DNA of 64,000 nucleotides from Blepharisma stoltei ATCC 30299 (lineage: Eukaryota > Protista > Ciliophora), in assembly GCA_965603825.1 (NCBI GenBank), contig CBFDEM010000014.1:558001-622000 (forward strand), written 5' to 3'. This document shows positions 60,569 through 64,000 of the stretch, piece by piece; the first letter of the stretch is position 1, and every line of letters starts with the position of its first letter. The notes beneath the pieces are model-generated. The model was not told the origin of the DNA and ran no database searches. It saw only the letters and a list, made by a program, of their open reading frames with translations. The translations under genes and the position numbers were made by a program.

Positions 60569-63151
60569 TTATGCTAAATTAACGAGACATCTTGCAGCTT
60601 GAACTCGTAAAAATTCATTTTTCGTGTTCATGCAATCTATAAGTATTGGCAAGCCATTATTCCTTAAGATGCTTGAGCGGCAGCTAGATTTGGTCGATAA
60701 ATTGGCTAAGGCATGACATAGCTCTACCTTTACGATATCAGTTGCATTGGCCATTGCTTGGATTACATGGCTGACTCCATCACAAATATTGACGTATTCT
60801 ATCATATTATCAGGCAGCCCATCTATCACATTTTCATTATATTTAGCTAGTGCCTTTGTTTCTGAGTATGCCAAAGTTTTTGTATAAATCCTTAAGTCTG
60901 CAATACATCCAAAAGGCTCATTTCCTGCCTTGCTGTTGCCGAAATACTTCATTGGCTCCATTATATTGACGATTTTTATATTTTCTGGCTGATTTTTCCC
61001 ATCAATTAAAACTTCCATTTTTCCATTGTCAGACCTAAGAACAGCCATATGGTGCCAGCCTTTTTCTAGACTGTCAATTCCATCCCATAAGGTAATAAAA
61101 TACCCAGTTTTTTGGTCAAAACTTTTTATTGCGCCTTTATGATAGGCGACCATAGCACCTGCACCTGTTTGCCCTTGTACAAGAATGCTAACTTTTCTTT
61201 TTGATTTGCTTAAAGGCGTCCTGAACCATACAGAAATTGACCAAGCAGGCACAAATGGAATATCCCTAAAAGAAATGGCGTCTCCTGTTGAAAATTCTTT
61301 ACCCCAAATGACATAAAGACCTGTATTCTTTTTAAGAGGAGCAATTTCTATAGTCAACTCAGGGACATGCAGATTTGCCGCATCTACTGCATAAGTTGAG
61401 TCAAATTTAAGCCAAAGTTCAATGTTTTCTGGTCTTGTTGAGAGGTTTATGATAGCTTTTGCAGTTTGACAGATTACGCTATCATTTTTATCCTTAAGCA
61501 GCATCATAAGCTCATCAATGACTCCATTTCCTACTAATAAATGTCGTATAGAGCCTATGCTTGCTAAGACACTTAAAGTCCCTGCTGATCTATTTCTTAT
61601 ATAATGGGAAGGGCTTCTACATTGAGTGCAAACAAATTTAATTTTAGCTTTCATATCAGTTTGAACATATTGTTCAGGTAAAGCTATACAAGTAACCATG
61701 CTAATTTTTACAATTTCTTCAATAATTTCTAACTGTGACGTGCTGGGCTTAGAAATTCCACACTCCCTAGCGATCTCTTCACGAGATTGGTTAGCTTTCC
61801 CTATAAAAAACTCAGCGTAATTAATATCTTGTAACAAAGGTAAATAATTGTTACTAATTAATGCCAAAATTAATATGCAAGCTGATTTTTCTTTAATGCT
61901 CCTCAATCTTGGGTAAATTTGTAAAAGAATTTTTGAGGAGTTTGTTTTGCCTAGCTCAGTTTGGACATCTCCTCTGATAACCAATTTTAATAATATACTT
62001 AATGCTCTATTTTGCACAACAACACTGGAATCTTGTACAAGAATGAGCAGGGGATCTATTAAAGAATGGTAAAGGTCATATAAAGTATATTTTAAGCAGT
62101 CTTTAGACAGCTGTTTCAAGGTATTCACAATTTGAAACTTCCCGCTATTATTTTTCATATCTTTAAAGCCAGAAAAAATATCATTTAGCCAGCCGTGCTT
62201 TTTGAAGTAAGCCAGCTTTTCTTCGTTTAGACATAAAATCAATAGAGCGGCTTTTGCTGAGATAGAAGAAACCTCGTCTTTACTTGTAGAAATTTCTCTG
62301 AGACATATTAAATCGGCTTTGGTGATTTCTTCTCTACCATTTTCGAAGTTACACATAATCTGGAAACACTGGGTGGCGGAGCATAGAATATCAGGACTTT
62401 TACTTGTCAAAAAGAGTCTAATTTTATCGATGACGTCTTCTTCGATAAATCTAGTGCAAATGTTTTTTTCATCAATTATGATTGCAATGCAGGATAGTAC
62501 AAGCCTGACCATGTTTTCAGTAGGTAATTTTTCACTAAGCATGATCCCTGATAAAGTCGCTACAATTCCTCTGGTTAAGAATTCTTTTTTGAATTTCGTA
62601 GCCAAGTTTTTAATCCCTATCAGTACTTCTATCTTAGTTTGTGTATCTACAATAGTTGCCGCTAGCACTGCATTAAATGTATATAAAGGGTTCACAGCTT
62701 CCAGTTTCTCCGAGTAGCTTTTATCTTCTGTGCATTTTACCATTATTCGTATAGGTGTTGATATAAATTCTTTAGTATTTGATAACGCCAGATGATTTAC
62801 TACATGTATGATATCGTGAGAAAAAAGCATGTCAAATTTCCCTTTGTCGTCCATCATCAATTCATAAAAGATTTTTATGGATTCACTTTGTATTATGTTG
62901 CCTTGCTCTTCACCAGGTATTTTTGTGTTTAAACAAGCAATTAGTGCGGGGATGCCTTTGACACCGCTGAGCTCTTGGATTGTGTTTTTGCGTTTTTCTG
63001 GGTTATTCATATCTCGAAGGACCCTGGTGAGGGATTGATGGATAAGTTTGGTCATAGAAAGCCCGGATTGAGATTCAGCTTTGTTGAGCATTATTTGCTG
63101 ACAAAGGGCTTCAACTGAGGATTTTTCAGGAGCACTTTTAGTTGTTCCCAT
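60569..63151 (-). CDS. Armadillo-repeat protein with inserted LamG/concanavalin-A-like domain
   Basis: ARM-like helical repeats (GIPALIACL, AAKAIINLS-type units, GLPILIDCM); WSISVWF, GWHHMAV, IADLRIY LamG motifs. Confidence 0.85.
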   Translation of the reverse strand: MGTTKSAPEKSSVEALCQQIMLNKAESQSGLSMTKLIHQSLTRVLRDMNNPEKRKNTIQELSGVKGIPALIACLNTKIPGEEQGNIIQSESIKIFYELMMDDKGKFDMLFSHDIIHVVNHLALSNTKEFISTPIRIMVKCTEDKSYSEKLEAVNPLYTFNAVLAATIVDTQTKIEVLIGIKNLATKFKKEFLTRGIVATLSGIMLSEKLPTENMVRLVLSCIAIIIDEKNICTRFIEEDVIDKIRLFLTSKSPDILCSATQCFQIMCNFENGREEITKADLICLREISTSKDEVSSISAKAALLILCLNEEKLAYFKKHGWLNDIFSGFKDMKNNSGKFQIVNTLKQLSKDCLKYTLYDLYHSLIDPLLILVQDSSVVVQNRALSILLKLVIRGDVQTELGKTNSSKILLQIYPRLRSIKEKSACILILALISNNYLPLLQDINYAEFFIGKANQSREEIARECGISKPSTSQLEIIEEIVKISMVTCIALPEQYVQTDMKAKIKFVCTQCRSPSHYIRNRSAGTLSVLASIGSIRHLLVGNGVIDELMMLLKDKNDSVICQTAKAIINLSTRPENIELWLKFDSTYAVDAANLHVPELTIEIAPLKKNTGLYVIWGKEFSTGDAISFRDIPFVPAWSISVWFRTPLSKSKRKVSILVQGQTGAGAMVAYHKGAIKSFDQKTGYFITLWDGIDSLEKGWHHMAVLRSDNGKMEVLIDGKNQPENIKIVNIMEPMKYFGNSKAGNEPFGCIADLRIYTKTLAYSETKALAKYNENVIDGLPDNMIEYVNICDGVSHVIQAMANATDIVKVELCHALANLSTKSSCRSSILRNNGLPILIDCMNTKNEFLRVQAARCLVNLA

Positions 63152-63669
63152 TATTAGCTAATATACGTTACTTTAAATAATTTTGGAAATTTATTTGGGA
63201 ATTTAAAAGCATTGATCAATTATTCCTAGTGTGAGAGATTTCGTATAGGATTTATACTCAAATTGGCAGTCGATCTAATGATAAGAATTAGACATAGTTT
63301 TCTTTGTGAAATATTATTGATTTTATTTATAATTTATATTTTAGCAGATTTTTCAATTGATTTTTAAGGATATATGATTTCTATATCCTGTTCTTTATTA
63401 AAAGCTAATGCCATTATTTTTGATGAAAATCCCGAATTTTCTTTGTTTATTACTTTTATGCCAGAGTTCTTTACAAGAAATTCCTCATAGTTATTCTAAC
63501 ATGCAATATTGTTTCTGGTTAATAATTTAGTTCAAATTTTGATTTTCTTTTAATTCAAAGATTTATTTAGTTATTGAAAATTGGAAAACCTTTGGAAATT
63601 TAGCTTATTCAAAAGAACTTAATTAATTTCAGCATTTTATTAATAAAACCTTCATAATAAATTTACCAT

Positions 63670-64000
63670 ATGAAAGGGAAGCTCAAAGACTCATACGATA
63701 ACCATTACGACATGGACATTGACGAAATGGAAAAGCCTCAATACTTAGAAAGCATTGATCAAGAGCTTGAAGAAGATCAACCACAGACAGGTGCAGTCCA
63801 AAATTACATTGACGAGCTTTGGGTATCCCAGCCACAATTAATAGAAGAATCCTTAGAAAAATTGGAAGCTGAAGATAATGAATACAGATCTAGGCTATCA
63901 CAAATTTCTGAAAAAGACAAAAGTCAAGCAGATCAGCTTCTCTTACAAAAACAATTATATGTGGAGCTGATTGATTTTTCATTAAAATTACACAGGATTT
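63670..64000 (+). CDS. Acidic coiled-coil protein, 3'-partial
   Basis: ATG 63670 (MKGKLKDSYDNHYDMDIDEMEK...) stays open to the window end. Confidence 0.7.
   Translation, partial: MKGKLKDSYDNHYDMDIDEMEKPQYLESIDQELEEDQPQTGAVQNYIDELWVSQPQLIEESLEKLEAEDNEYRSRLSQISEKDKSQADQLLLQKQLYVELIDFSLKLHRI

Overview
AT-rich, very gene-dense eukaryotic DNA that looks like somatic (macronuclear) sequence from a heterotrich ciliate, most likely Blepharisma. The evidence is internal. TGA sits at invariant Trp positions (kinase DMW, NAT10 VLWCY, F-box CKEW) and alternates with TGG between two paralogs, while genes end in TAA/TAG. Three 15-16 nt GTAA...A-nnn-AG introns restore reading frames. Reading TGA as Trp collapses the fragmented ORF track into about 40 genes: ankyrin-PARP, MAM33/p32, a kinesin, an LRR protein, CDPK, Got1, a cyclin, a CAP protein, a GH16 glucanase, an AspH-like hydroxylase, two tandem PAS/transmembrane proteins, a PX protein, beta-tubulin, choline/ethanolamine kinase, a CNB protein, NAT10, a membrane-tethered bZIP, an EAG/CNG-type K+ channel, a SLOG protein, an ARM-LamG protein, several hypotheticals and two probable pseudogenes. 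Main observations: (1) a NudE/NDEL1-like coiled coil fused to a kinesin-14-like motor with an SxIP tail; (2) a tandem array of four MGC-starting 54-76 aa microproteins sharing a (Y/F)xIR(V/I)(F/Y)xPxxxGL motif, next to the K+ channel gene; (3) a 108-bp TA-bounded, IES-like insertion interrupting one PAS paralog; (4) a zf-PARP + F-box + XPA-like protein; (5) an ATF6-like membrane bZIP; (6) strongly gene-specific TGA versus TGG use. All family assignments come from motif recognition by eye; no searches were run.
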